64,000 bases of DNA from Yuukianura sp. NJ FZ-2021 (lineage: Eukaryota): positions 8,370,001 through 8,434,000 of the forward strand of contig CM102285.1 of NCBI GenBank assembly GCA_046563655.1. Reading direction: 5' to 3'. Below are positions 14,901 through 28,500 of the stretch, in pieces. The notes beneath the pieces were generated by a model. It was not told the origin of the DNA. It did not search any database and worked only from the letters and a program-made list of their open reading frames with translations. How positions within the stretch are numbered: the first letter of the stretch is position 1; each line of letters begins with the position of its first letter. A program made the translations under genes and the position numbers.

Positions 14901-17900
14901 TTAACATGAAAGTGCATTTCCTCTCTCGTTATGGAAGCTGGGCCTTAATTAATAGAGTTTCTTTTGAAATCTTTTCACCTGTGAACTCTAATCAGATGAT
15001 GCTGGGGCCAGAGAGCATGTGAAGTGACAAAGATCTTACAAAAGAACTCAGGAGCCCTTTATTCTTTTGTTCCAGAAGTTCCCAAATGTCTTTCTCACCT
15101 GTTTGAACATCTTCATGTTTTAAAACGCACAATGGCCAGGATCAATAAGCCTCCACGTGCCAGCTCCACAGCCAAAGCAGTTTCTAGTTTCTAAAATTCT
15201 ATTGAATTTGATGGTGGACTGCCAAGACCAACTTTTGAGTGCGTAAGCTCTATTAAAACGGAACCGTCATTAGCCAAGGGCTCTCTGGAAGTAACAAAGT
15301 TTCTCTGAATTTGTAAAGGGAGGGGGACGCCTATTAGGGAAAGTGAGATGGACTTTTCTTTTGACTGTCCAAAAGTCCATAGAATTCAATGCCATTGACG
15401 CTCCGATCATTAAAATGACAAATGACTTGTGACAGAAAGTCGTTTGTAAAACATTTCCAGCACTACCGGGGCTACTTTTACTTTGTATAGAGGGGTAGGA
15501 AAAATAGGAAATGCGTTGAGTGAAATTGTAAGAACCATTGGCGGTTGTTATTACTGTGTTTTGTACTTTGGAAGTAGTGGTGGGTGTAGTGCTTCTGTTT
15601 TGTTTGCGGTGACTGAAATTGGGTAGGGAATTGAATTTTAGAGACAAAGATGGTGGTTGACTTCAATTTTAAATGCAAAAACCGTAAAGAACAATGGAGG
15701 CACAGTACCAAAAGGAAGAAAGCAAAAACGAAGGTGGACAATCATTTATGGAAGAAAAAGCAAGAGGTCATTGCGCTCCTTACTATTCCAATTTTTTACG
15801 AAGCGGTCTTCAATTTTCAGTTCAAAAAACCGTAAAATTTAAAACGATAAAAACTCAGTTGGAGTCAAATAATTTGCGGTAAATGGTAAAGAACTCAATT
15901 TAAAATTTAATTGTAACAAGAAATTTAGCAAAACTTTAACAATTTTGGAATTTAATTAGTAAATTTAATGCCAGGCAGAAACTCAACTTTTCAGCCCAAG
16001 ATTAAATTTCACTGCTAAATTCCGAGAAAAATTTCATTCGGCTTTAAACTTTGTCGGATTTTGATGAAATTGATTGTTGAAAGTTTAAAAAAAAAATTAC
16101 ATTAAAATTACCAGCATTTACAAATTAGTTAAATTGCATAGCTGAAAATTGCAAATGATCTTTGCCTAATTCTTGACGTTCCACATTATTACAGACCAAG
16201 CTAAAGTTTAAATTGATGGTGTTGGTGTTACAAGGTCAAGAATTTCGGCAATCCAATTATTTCCAATTTTTTTCTTCAAAATTCTTGTTTTTATTCTACG
16301 CATAAGAATCTACCAAATTTCAAATTTCAAGAATTGCGACTTACTTGTTCAAATGTTTTTGTAGACTTGGAAGATTCTACCATTGGTCTACCATTACTCC
16401 TTTTGCTACCTCTTCTGAAAAGGCGTGACATGAATGAGCAGGGGAAATGAGGTTTATTCCCTTTGCCAATTTCTGTGGGCTCTTCACTGGATTGGAAATG
16501 ATGCGAATTAGTACGATTCCCATTATGATGATTGTCCACTGTATTAAATTTCCAATGATCATTTCCCATCACTCCGCTTTCAGGAACATAGGATTTCCCA
16601 TGATGAAAGGAATTGCTACTTCGCCACCGTGGTCTGCGCGGAAGTAGCGGTGAGTTACACACGGTTTCCACTTCCACGCCTTGGTGGTAATAGGATCCCA
16701 TTATTTCGATAATCAAAAAAACTTTCAACCAAAGAACTTACGGGTTCTCACCATAAAAACAATCACTGCCAAAATCCATTTCCAAAGTCTTGGCTTCAAT
16801 TGTCTCAAGTTCAAGCTGTGATTCAAACAATGGTCTACATACAAGTTGTTACCTAAGATTAATTGGTTTTCTATTGTTCTTGTTTGTAGACAGTGCGTGA
16901 GAGACGTGTTGCTAAGCAGATCCGATTAGCACAACTGACTCGATGTAGAGGGATGATGATGCTCTTGGATAAGAGCATTTGGAAAACAATACAAATGGAT
17001 TAGTACTTCGCACAACTAGGGTGGAGACATTGATTGTTTCTACAAACAAAATGAATTTCACGATTCAAATTGGACACGCCACGAACAAAAAAACTGATGC
17101 CATAAAATGTTAATGGAAGTCGTGATCTGATGAACTTCTAAGTAAGACAATTAGCTTCAGCATCCTTAAGTTTGGACCAATTTGACAGAAAGGAACACCG
17201 CTCGATCTCGGCCGAGATCACAAAAAGAACATCACCTCGGTAAAGACCGTGTGCTGCTTTAAGAACCGCATGAGATCCAAAGGTACTTAAATGCGTCTCA
17301 CGTTCCGCATTCTGGGAGTGATTGAAATTGAATTTCCAAAGTCAACAATCCCCTCTTGTCTTATAAATTTCTTCCGTGCTACAAACAGAAACCAGACGAA
17401 GAGAAAACAATCCTGAAGATCTTCACAGGAATTCGCACAAATCTGTTTCCAATTTACGCCTTTTACATGGTCATCAACTGCGGCACTTCACTTTTTAGCA
17501 CCTCCAAACAACAATTTTATGAGGACGTAATTGGCTGTTTTGAACAACTTTAAAATCTTCTAAGAAAAACTTGTTCGAAATACTGAAAAAATAAGTATTT
17601 CTTTTTGCAAAGTTTGCCAAGTGCATCTAATTCACAGTAATCTCCACTTATCGGTTCAAAATATTTCTGAATTCTATTTTGAGAAATTAAAAGAGAACAA
17701 AAACGTGCAAAACCTTTTTTAAATAAAGTTAGAGAAACAAATTGACTTAAAATGTCAGTTTGTCTAAAGAACATGACAAAAGGAGCGAAGATTTTGAACT
17801 GACGAAGAAAATGAAGATGATCTTGTGAAGATGCGTGTACTTCCTGCCTCCTTTATCTTCTCACAGAAAGATATTCGTTTGTAAAAAGAGGCATAAGAAC

Positions 17901-20900
17901 TTAGGGGATGAGGTCTATCTCTAGACAAAACTTTGGTAAGTTTTTTGTTAAGTTGCGTTACCCAGAAACCCATGGCATAACCCTTCATCATTCTAGTTTA
18001 AGGTACATTTGGAAAAGCAAGAGGAAAAATAAGTATGCAATTCTGAGACTTCCCTGGAAGTCTCACAAAAAGGAAGTCTCGATTTTCCCTGATTTGTCAA
18101 GAGCTCATTTTCCTTCCCTTTGAATCCCTGGATTCTCGGAGGGCTGTTTGCCAAAGTTGAATGATTCCGAATAGAATTCTGAATTCAGTGGGGACTTTAC
18201 AAAGAGCTGCAACTTGCATCTCGAGAGGAAGATGGAGATGAAGTAACTAATCGTGGCTTCTCTCAGTAAAGTGAAGTCTCGCAAGTAATCAGCGGAGCAT
18301 CTCTCTTGCTTATTCTTCCTCCTCTGGAAATGATGGTTTGGAAGACAAGAGAGAGATGCATTTGGAAAATAAAAAGTCAAGAGATCTTTGAATGAGCAAA
18401 GAACCGGAAACAGGGAAAATATCTTTTTGCGTTCTCAAAAAAAGATTTTTTGAAACCCCTAGAGATAGAGTGGCTTCTAGAGAAGGAAGCGCTCCTATTT
18501 TGAAAAAATTTCAACCAAAAGTGAAAGTTCTTAAGTCTCCCAAAAAATTTCAGGCTCCAACAATTCCATTTCTGCTGAAGGAAGCAAAAACTTCCTCATT
18601 TTGAAAATAGGAAAAGGTCACACGCTTCGTTGACTTTTGCTCAAAAGGGAACGGAGAAGGTCAAAAGGCGGCAAGGGCCTTGATGACAAGATGATGAACT
18701 TTCTCCACTTTTTCATAAAAAAATCTAATTTACGACTAGAATCAAGAAGTGTAACGACCTCACAACGAAGAGGCTGAGAGAATCTTAGTTCAATTAATTT
18801 TCCTAATACAGTGTCATCTTCACACTTTCACTTTAAGTGCTCAACCAAGTTCGAATATGTCAAAGGTCAAAGTTTTTTCTTTTGGAATTGGGAGCCTCCC
18901 AGCGAAAGCATCTTGGCGTCAGAATTGATAATTCATTTTTCAACTGAAAGTGAAAGTTCCATTTATCTAAAAGTGAAAGCGTTATAAGGATATTTGCAAA
19001 AAAAAAATCGGAGGAGATCGCAGGAGAGAGAGCCAAAATGTGATTTTTGAAATATCCATTTTCAAATAATTTTTCGTTTTTTCTCCATACCGAAGTGAAA
19101 GGTCTTTGAAGCAGAAAAGGCCATTAAGGGCTTAGTCGGAAGAAAGTGTGCAAAGGAGAGACAGCGTTTGACTTCTGGGAGAAAGTCAGTCGTCCCTGAA
19201 ATATTTATAAGGAATATTAAGGATGTCATAAGTCAAGGGAAGGTAAAGTACCCAGCATATTATCATGTCCCCTTCAGTTCCATTATGCACAGACTCCAAC
19301 CAAACCTAACCTATCACCATATTCTCCCTATCTTCACTTTCACTTTTTCGTTTTTTGAAAGTTCTTTTCATGAGGAAAAGTCATAGAAATCGCTCCTTTC
19401 ATTTTCTAAAAAGATATTTCTTTTGTCGTCTTGTCGTTTCCAGTGGTTAGTTCAGGTGAGGGTATAGGATTTCAAAAGAGATTTTAAATTAACATGAACC
19501 TGAAACCCTGTACGATCGAATTTCAATTTCAATTTCTACGGTATCATGTGAAATGTCTTTTGGATTTGTGAGAAGAAAGATGTATTTTAACAGATTGGTT
19601 ACAATGAAAAAAGATTATTAGATTTTTTCATGAGATTACTATTTCTTAATGTCCCCATTATCGACAAAGCAAGACTACTGGCTGCCGCTGCACCACATTC
19701 TGGAGATTGGTTACACGCAATTCCCTCCGGACAACTTGGAACTCTACTTTCGGACGAATCTTTTAGGATTTCTTGTGCTCTTCGCCTAGGAACTGATATA
19801 TGCCAACCTCATATCTGCTCGTGCGGTGCTCCGGTGTCAAGTAACGGTCTCCACGGTTTAAGCTGTAAGCGTAGCGCCGGAAGACACTCTCGTCACAACT
19901 CAGTCAACGACATAATCTTCAGAGCATTACAAACCGCTGGATTTCCTTCAATTAAAGAACCTGTCGGCTGCAGCAGATCCGATGGCAAACGGCCAGATGG
20001 TGTTACTCTCATTCCTTGGAGCTCAGGACGCTGCCTCTGCTGGGACTTTACCTGCCGTGACACTTATGCAAATTCCTACCTCTCGACATCGTCTTCCCGC
20101 TATGGTCATGCAGCCGAATTAGCAGAGACACACAAACATCATCTCTATCGTGACCTAGAATCTCGCTTCGTCGTATCCATCATTGCCGTCGAGACATCAG
20201 GTGTATTCGGATCCGAAGGTCTTCGTCTACTAAAACAAATCGGACATCGGCTGTCAGAAGCATCTGGAGATAAACGAGCCTCGACCTTCTTCCTACAACG
20301 AATAAGCCTAGCTGTTCAACGCGGAAACTCCTGCTCAATCTTGGGAACCTTACCCTCAGGAAAAGATCTTTACGAGTTATTCATATTATAATCTAACTTA
20401 AATCCTACTTCTTTTCTCAACCTGCCTTTGGCAGGTGACTGTGAAAAAATTCGATAAACAAATAAATGAAAAAATTATTTTTTGACTACATGAAAAAAGA
20501 TTATTAGATTTTTACAGGAGATTACTTTTTCCTAATGTCCCCATTAGAAGTAAGAAATTAAAATAAACCGGTTTGGAGTTCATCCTTCTTTAAGCGCCAT
20601 TTAGCCCTACCTTTAAGTAACTTCCAAGCCTTGAGCTCAAAGTCTTCACGCTTCGTGGAAAGCACTCTCAATAAGTATGAAAAAAGTAGCGATTTTAATT
20701 TAGGAAATCTGTTTCCACTTTGAGAACTTCAATAATCCATAGTTTTCCACTTTTCCAAATCTTTTCGAAAAAAAAAACTTACGCAAAGTCAAAATGTTTT
20801 TTTTTAAACAAGCGACAAAAAAAGATGAAAAATACAAAATCATTTCAGCGGAACTATAAATTCAAAATATACAGAAATGAACATATTTTTTTGCGAAATA

Positions 20901-22231
20901 TTGCAAGTGGTTCTTAAATCCACCGATCGGAAAGCAATGTTACGGAAACAGAACAAATGATGCTGCATAACAATTCATTTTAAGTCAGTTGCAACGTAAT
21001 TTTACAGTATTGCTGTGTAGATTTTATCATACGTTATGTAACTTCAACTGCTACACACATGACATCGAGCCTCAAACGATTTTTGGCTTTGAGCTACGGT
21101 GAAAACGGAAATGGAAGTGTTCATGCCAAAAGAAACCATTTTACGACCAATTCAACACTGCGTCAACATTTAACGTTGAAGATTCCCTGGAAGGAACGTC
21201 TCCTTTGACAACTTCCAAAGAAAGTTTCCTGTTGACGAGTGAAAGTCTATTCCCAAAAAAGACAGATTCGATTCTCTTCAAAATGAAAGTTTCAGGACAG
21301 TTCGATTTCCAAGATTTTTTCTAAAAATGCACTTTCCTAGGTTTCCCCACTCTGTGGGCAGAGAAGACATGAAGACTTTTTGGTTAGTGAAAGTGCAAAT
21401 GATGATGACTGGGGGAAAGCAGTGAAAAGTCTCCTCTGGTTCGAATGGGGAAGAAATCGGATTTATTTCTTCCCTAAAAGCCATCCCTCTGCTCAAGTCC
21501 TATCAGGCTCATTTTACTTCCAAAGACTTTTACCGCGCTACTAAATTTTGAAAAGGGAAGATAGGGAGAAAGTATTAGAAAGTTTTCTTTTCATGTTTCC
21601 TCTGGCCCCCTACTCTCCCTTCAGTTACAGAATAATAAAAATCTTAAGAAAGTGTGAACCTCAATCGCTTTTCTCCCCGAACTCCCGCACTTCAATTCGC
21701 TTTAATCAGATAAATCTTTGGAAAGTGACTTAAGGGCTCTCAGAGAATGAAAGGGCTCTTAAAGACAATGGGCATAGGGAGAATGTAAGTCGGGTGCTGG
21801 GGAGATTATGATCAGCAGGTTTCCGTCTGAACACTCTAGTGACTACGTTCCCATTGTGTTCAGGTTTACAGATTTTTATCAGAGAATTGACGTGGACTTA
21901 CGCGTGATCCGCCTGAACCGCCAGCACACCAACTGTGGCGACTGTCATTCCGAATACGACCACCCAGTCGACGACGCAGTTTCTCTGACAGGATCTCAGG
22001 AAATGGCGGATGCGGAAGATGATAGTGGGGACTACCGTGGTGGCGCCCACCGGAGTCACGACCAGAACAGTTGACAAGTTCAATTCGTCCCGAGTTGACA
22101 CGAATGAAGGGACAGGGCTCTTCGGCAGAAGGGAGGGTGGACGACTTGGTTTTGGCAGTAACGTTCAAGATATTTCCAGACTTATGATGGGAGTGTGGAG
22201 AATTGCTGTACTTGGTGCTAACAACTTCCAT
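2969..22231 (-). CDS. NCKAP5/NCKAP5L-like coiled-coil, SxIP-motif protein; isoform A coding exons 22231-21902, 7583-7164, 5563-2969
   Basis: Exon 7583-7164 encodes LQERLDALE...ITDLTSQVSRALTFQQVMKSEVEKLQERVVDLETHNRAM, resembling the NCKAP5 N-terminal coiled coil. Phase-0 junctions join it to an 864-codon Ser-rich terminal exon with SGIP, SRLP and TSLP motifs and KDEGYSTMSS. The link to exon 22259-21902 rests on splice sites and phase only. Confidence 0.72.
5651..5716. repeat. 11-bp perfect inverted repeat in the intron near the 5563 acceptor
   Basis: TCTCATGGACG (5651-5661) and CGTCCATGAGA (5706-5716). Confidence 0.7.
9341..9357. repeat. Interstitial arthropod telomere-type repeat (CCTAA)3
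   Basis: cctaacctaacctaacc; shorter copies near 10629, 25630, 30541, 38209 and 45406. Confidence 0.7.
16345..16701 (-). CDS. Alternative first coding exon (isoform B) of the NCKAP5-like gene
   Basis: MGSYYHQ...KTFEQ ends at a CAA|GTAAGT phase-0 donor compatible with the 7583 acceptor. Inr-like TCAGTT on the minus strand at 16933-16938. Confidence 0.6.
19604..19660 (+). repeat. Left copy of a 57-bp target-site duplication
   Basis: 53/57 identical to 20490-20546 by manual ungapped alignment. Confidence 0.9.
19630..20391 (+). CDS. Intact 253-aa ORF: zinc knuckle plus PD-(D/E)xK endonuclease of the truncated retroelement
   Basis: Uninterrupted ORF whose ATG and first 10 codons lie in the left flanking repeat. 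Expression unknown. Confidence 0.5.
   Translation: MRLLFLNVPIIDKARLLAAAAPHSGDWLHAIPSGQLGTLLSDESFRISCALRLGTDICQPHICSCGAPVSSNGLHGLSCKRSAGRHSRHNSVNDIIFRALQTAGFPSIKEPVGCSRSDGKRPDGVTLIPWSSGRCLCWDFTCRDTYANSYLSTSSSRYGHAAELAETHKHHLYRDLESRFVVSIIAVETSGVFGSEGLRLLKQIGHRLSEASGDKRASTFFLQRISLAVQRGNSCSILGTLPSGKDLYELFIL
19661..20489 (+). mobile_element. 5'-truncated RLE-type non-LTR retrotransposon, CRE-like clade
   Basis: Encodes GDWLHAIP, a CCHC knuckle (CSCG...HGLSC), RHN, RPDG...WDFT...AE..K restriction-like endonuclease motifs and the FLQRISLAVQRGN end. No RT domain. Flanked by a 57-bp direct repeat. Confidence 0.88.
20490..20546 (+). repeat. Right copy of the 57-bp target-site duplication
   Basis: 53/57 identical to 19604-19660. 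Confidence 0.9.
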
Positions 22232-22463
22232 ACTTGTCTCTGACACGGGGTGAATTTGCCTAAAAAAGAAAAATGAAAATTTTATTAAATTTTTTTCTCT
22301 TTCTTCTTTCATAAGTTGATTAAAAATTTCTTGGTTCTGAATCATCTGAAAAAGGGAGACAAGCTCAGCAGAAACTTTTTATTAGAGTAGTGGAATAAGT
22401 TAATAAATAATAATTCAATAACCTAGCTTATTCCCCATCTCAAAATGAATTCATTTCGAACTC

Positions 22464-22520
22464 CATTATTGACTTTTTTCAAAAACTGAAATGCATTATT
22501 GACTTTTTTAAAAACTCAAT
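22464..22520. repeat. Short ~30-bp tandem duplication
   Basis: cattattgactttttt(c)aaaaact occurs twice in tandem. Confidence 0.7.
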
Positions 22521-25500
22521 TTCGTTTCACAAATCACGCCTCAGTTGAATCGGTAAGAAGGTCGCTTCGTTCCCGAAAACTTGGAAAAGTATGAAAATGC
22601 TTGAAATTGATTTAGGTTAGAAGAATAAGAAGCATGTTGCGTGCCCTTTGACCCGTGTCTTTTCTCCACTCTGTTCTGGCTTTATGCGTATCAAGGCATA
22701 GTTTCCAGCTGCCAAGTCCATATTTTCCACCCCCTTTCGAATCCAAATAGAAACTTGACAAGATGGCTTGAAAGTTGTAATAACTTTGAAGTCATGAATT
22801 GAGAAGCACTCCAACGAGCCCAAATGAAATTAGAAACCTTAAATCAAGATTAGTAGACCATCTACCCACGTTCAACTCACCAAATTTATTTCGAAAAAGT
22901 TGGAAGAATCGTGAACTCGATTTCGCCAACAGGCTAAAAATATTCGTTACTTGTTTTGTTGATCTTGTTCATCTGAAGCCTACTTCACTTTAAGTTTGTA
23001 TCGTGTGAAAACAGGGAGTGTAGGTGGTTATTATGAAAGGTGTGAAAAATGCAGAAATGCCATTTTCATTCACACCTTAAAGCTAAACGATTCTAAATGG
23101 GTTGAATAAAACCGTTAAACAAATCGAGGACAACTTAACGCCTTCAGGAATCCAACGCATCTTACATTTTCTATTCTAAACATTTTAAATTAAATGTAAA
23201 TAAATCATACAACAATGAGCAAGGGTATACCAATGCTAACTTTACCTTTTAACTTTAGTCGTTCATTCATAATCATAACCAATGTTTTTCAACATGAATT
23301 ATTAAATGCATGTCGCTTTAAGTGTAGTGGTGTACGAGCTCAACAGACAATTATACGAAGTGAAATTTTTAGTTGGATTTTTTCACTACGATACCGAATG
23401 TAAAAATTTTCAGATTTCAGGTGAACGGATTATATTCTATGGCCAGTTTCGTCGAAAATTTTTTCCGGGAATCTAAAAGAAGTTATAATTGTATATTCTG
23501 TTACTTCTTTTTTGTATTTTGCAGTAACCTTTACCTGTTAAGTTCAAACAACAGCTATAAAAAATTCAATTTTCATTTTAGGAAATCGTAAACCAAAAAA
23601 AAAACGAATCTTGTAAAAATTGTTGCTGGAGGCCTGGTCCTGTCACTTCTTTTGTTATGACTGGGTATTAAATGTAATGGCAGTGGCCGGAAACAATTAC
23701 TTTTGAGGTGCATAGGAGGATCCAGGACACGTGGAATGGAAATTGCCAAAGCTCATCTTTAGGAAGAAAGAAGATCGTCACAAAAGACACAATCTTCAAA
23801 CATCTTTCCACAATCGCTGCTCTGCAGAAGAAGCCGGAGATGCAGTTTCTGGAGGAGAAATCTCCATTGCTAAACTGAAGGACAATTCAGTTCCATCATC
23901 CCAAAATCTTCTTCCGAAGCCACTTCAATCTCCACTGACTTCAAGTCAAGGAGACGCAAACAACATCTCGGCAAGAATTCATCCCGAATCAAAAGCATCC
24001 TTCAATCTTCCAACAAAAGAATCTCAGCCCCGACCAAAAGAGTTCTTCAGTACAGTCAACTTCCAAATAATGCCCGCCTCTTCATTTTTCCCTTTCAAAT
24101 CCTATATTCTATTTTTAAAGTAGCTTTCTGTTAGTGACACTACGTTACTTATCATTTTTTGCTCCCTTTTACCATAAAAATATCAAGTAAGTACAGATCA
24201 TCCTAAAAAAAATCTACCGCTGCTCCTTTCTCATTTTTTAGAATGATTTTTTTTTACAGTGAAAGTGAAAGAGGTTTCTTGCCCTATCGCAATTTGGATT
24301 GAATCGGTTTTTTAAAAGCTTTTTTTTAGAATGGATGAATTTTAATGCAATTTTTTAAAATGAAAACCAGTTGCTGAAGACGGATAACGCACCTAGTCAG
24401 AGACGGATGAATGATAATGGTTTAATTTCCACCTTAGAAGAAAGTAATTCACAAGAAAGTGTTATAAATCACTACATCCTCTCCCAGTTCTTGCATCTTG
24501 TATCTCATTCTATCTTGCATGATTAATCGCATTAAAGCGTTTAACAACACAATGTAAAAACAGGATTTTTATAACAAAAAAGAAAACGAGGCAGGGAAAG
24601 AAAACGCTTTCTATTGTTGATCTCTTCTTTATAAGAAATTCACAAGAAAATGGATCTTTAAACTCCTTAACTCCTAGTTATAGTTTTATGAATTTAAAAA
24701 ACTGGAAAGGAGCTTATGGTTTGTGAAATTTAAAATTTAAGACGTATGTTTAAATTTATGCTTTTAGGATGGGAAAATGAGGTGAGGGCGAGGCATCATA
24801 AGGATTTTTATGATCATGACAAAGAAGACCTTCAACTCGTATGTACGTGTTTATGACTTGGCTAGTCGTTTTCATTCGCACTTTCCGCACGTCGTCCCAC
24901 TGTCTGGCAGAGCTTAGCCACTAAAATCCCATTTCCTAAATGCAGATGGATGAATAATTCTGAATGGGAATTTGTTAAAGTGACAGGAATCAACTGAGAC
25001 GCTCTTTGTCTTCGTGTTGCTAGAAAAAGTTCATTGTGGCCAAACAAGTCCTCCACATGTCCAAACACATTGATCATCTCTCAAACCTCCGCCATTTGCG
25101 AATGTTTTGGGAAGTAGCAATTTGGCAATGTGATTTTCGTAGTTTTTGCGTAGAAGGGCATAAGGAGCGTAGTTACGGCGTAAGTTGAGTAATTGAAGAG
25201 TGGACGTATAAGGAAATGATCTGCTTGAAACCAGAGGACGATCCTTTGAAGTCCTTAAATGGAACAAACTTACAAACTTAATTCATTCCAGATGTGCAGC
25301 ATCCTATGGCAGTTGGTTAAGTTACTCGGATTTCATTCACAAGGAAATTGCACAGTTTGCGGCATATTAAATCTTTCAGCTCCAATTTGAGCATTTCCTT
25401 GAAAAACAGTGTGATCCGAGCAAAAACACTAAAAATTACGTTTAAGTATCCAAGTACTAAAGACAAATTTTTGAAAAACTGTTTTTCAAAACGAAGTGTT

Positions 25501-28500
25501 TTTCAAAATTTTCAAAGCTAGGATCAAAAATGATCTATGAAACCTACTTCGTTTTATGATCTTACGAACAAAGTGCTAATATTTGAATGGGCAAGAGCCA
25601 TGCCAAAACTCAGTATCAAAAACGAATCGTTAGGTTAGGCAAATTATTAGTCAAATTTTGCATGGTGCGGAAAAGTGTCTAATTGGATTTTAAAACTGCA
25701 CTTAAAAGTAAATTCCAAGTAGTAGATGAAGTTTATTTGGCAATAAATCTTAATAGAAATTTTAAGTTGGGGCTCAACTGTGTAATTGAAATTAAGAAAC
25801 TCAAAGCTTGCGCTGCTGTGCTAGAATTTGTTTCTATTAAAGTTTACCTTGGTGAAGGAGGTTTGATGATTTTCTCAAAATCTTCGTCAACGAATCCACG
25901 AGCTGCTGGGCAAGTGTCATGAGAGCTTGACAAATCACCGCCTTTGTGCAGAACTTTAGACCTATTCAAACCAAAAACAAGTTTTACACCGTCCAAATTT
26001 AGTTAAGTTAGGTATGCACTCAAGTGTGAAGTTTGAAAACAGCTTTATATTTAATCAACTACATACAGCTTTAATTTAAATTAAATCAGAAATGAAATTT
26101 GGGATGAAACAGGAGGTATCATGTTTTTATGGTTTTTCAAACGCACACTTAATGGCCGCCCATGACAAGGTAATTACATGGTGGACATATTGTAATTATT
26201 CACACCCACATCTTTTAAGAAGGTCAGTGACCTTCTCAAAAGACGCAGCATCTGAAATTACATTTTCTACATAGTGCATGCATATTTTTGCAATTTTTCG
26301 ACAATAGACTGCTGCCATATCCTTTGAGTGCTTTTTGACTTGAACTGTGTGAATGATGGATGAACCTATACAAAAAAGAAAATAGGTTCTTCCTCTTCCT
26401 ATGTACAGGTTTCTATTCAGGATGTTCAATTTCAAAAATTCAAAAATGAATCTGTCAGATTTTGAAAAATGCCTGGAAACATTTCCGAGAATAAGCTTCT
26501 CTCTCTTCCTCGTCTTATGTTAAGTTTCAAAATTTGAAATTGGTTTATGAATCCTGTCATCTCCCTTCACTCGTTCCCTGACCCTGGAGCCATGAGCATA
26601 TAAGCGCTTTTGTCGCTTTCTGTGGTTCTCTGACGCTGTTGAAGACACTTACAGAGAACCAGATGCGTCCATTGTCTAGAGGGAAATTTGAAATTCCAAA
26701 AGCCATTCCTTATGGAGCGTAAAGACAAAAGAGAGGAGATGATAATGGGCATAATCATTATTAGGCCCTGGAGTCATCTAATGATCCACTTGTCCAGGAG
26801 AGACTGTTCCAGGGAAGGTAGTGGGGTCTACTCAAAGTCAAACAATTTAACACACTCAAGGGCTCTTAGGCCCTGTTCAAATAGAACCCATTTTCAAAAA
26901 TAGGCATACTTTAAAAAAGTGACTGTTAAATATTCACAACGGAGAAGGTTGTGCGTCTTAGAGACGGAGGAACGCCTTCAAAAAATGACTTCTTGGGAAA
27001 TAACACTCATTTCCAGCTATTCTTTTCCTGCAAGGAGCAAAATAACGTTGGTCGTGAAGAGGCCATTGTTTTTAGGAGGGGAATTATTTAGAGCCCTTTG
27101 TTTTTATTTCCATTCTTCTCTCCAACACAGAAACAAATGGAGGGGCTAAGATTTTTGACTCCCTGCCCGCCTTTTCCCAACAATTTCCTCAAGTTTTTGG
27201 TGTAATAAAGAACAAAAGAAGGGAAAATGAGGGAAGAAAAACAATGGATCTTCATTGTTTCCAAATTCCAGCCATTTTTCAAAGAGAAAGCTCCTGGAAT
27301 TTTACACATAGCGCATGTCAAAGGAGCCTGAAATTTCCAAATTTTATGAAAAAGATTTACTTTTTTGCAATTTTTCTACTTCGTACAACCTAAAGTTGAA
27401 TGCCTGGTTCTGGAAACGTGATTTTTGGAAACTTTTTTAGAACATGAATTAAAAAGTGCTTATTTTGTAGTTTACAACTGTATGTTTTTGACTCAAAATA
27501 GAAAAGTTAAATTGACTTTAAATGGGTGTAAGTGAGAGACAAGTATGGTTTGGGAGGTATCCTGTTCCTACATGACATGTCAGCAGTGCTCAGTCCCTGT
27601 CATTACTTTCTCCTTAAATGAACACAGCCACCCACAACTTGGCAGGAATTTTATCATCAGTGACAAAATTCCTGTTTCTGTAATACTTTCTTAACACACG
27701 TCAGGATTTGTGTAATTTTGTCACTTAAACGAGCCGTCACTTCAAAATGCATGTAACATGACAAGCCTAACAGATCCAAAGACTCAACTACGAAATTTGT
27801 GCCTAGCCAAGTAAGTAGAAAGCATAAACCTCGGAGGTATAATCCTTCAAATGATTGGCGTGGTCTTAAAAAATTGAAATTTGAAAAGTTGCAGAAATCT
27901 GTTCTAAGGATAAGATGCCAATTTGAAAGATGCGTAGGCGGGCGACCACGGTTTGAAGTTAGGTTAGCCTAACATAAAAAATTGAAAGTTGGAGTGCGGA
28001 AAGGCGGGTTTAAATTAGAGGAAAACGCAGGGAAGAAATATGCTGAGCTAATAAATCAAGTGGTTCTTCTTGAATGGATTCTGATGCAGAAGTGCATGCG
28101 GACTGCAATCTTATTCGTAATGATAAATGGGGATTTGGTGGACGTCAGGAGCAGAAGAATAAGGAAATTATGCCCTCTTGTTCCCACTTGAAATAAATCC
28201 TACTTGAGATGCAGTTGTGCAATGGACTGTCACTCTCCCTGGCCCTTATTTCAACCAAAACAGACACACAAAACCAATTCAATTCACAAGATGAAAACTT
28301 CAAAAGGAAACGAGCATCTCCAAGTGCGAAGTCCATTTTCAACAAAAGTAAAAGTCTGAATTAGATCCCATTTATGCACATAATTTATGGGTTTTCACAA
28401 CTTCCTAATATGGACCGCTTCTAAATTGGACTAAACTATTCAAAATTTCAATAACCTAGTTAACATTTTCAAAATTCGAACGAACTTTTTCCTAAATTTC

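Noticed and set aside
23731..24123. 130-aa plus-strand ORF
   Set aside because: GTG start, no recognisable domain or splice support; likely a chance intronic ORF.
24862..25267. Overlapping minus-strand ORFs that look like a decayed gene
   Set aside because: No recognisable homology or consistent frame.
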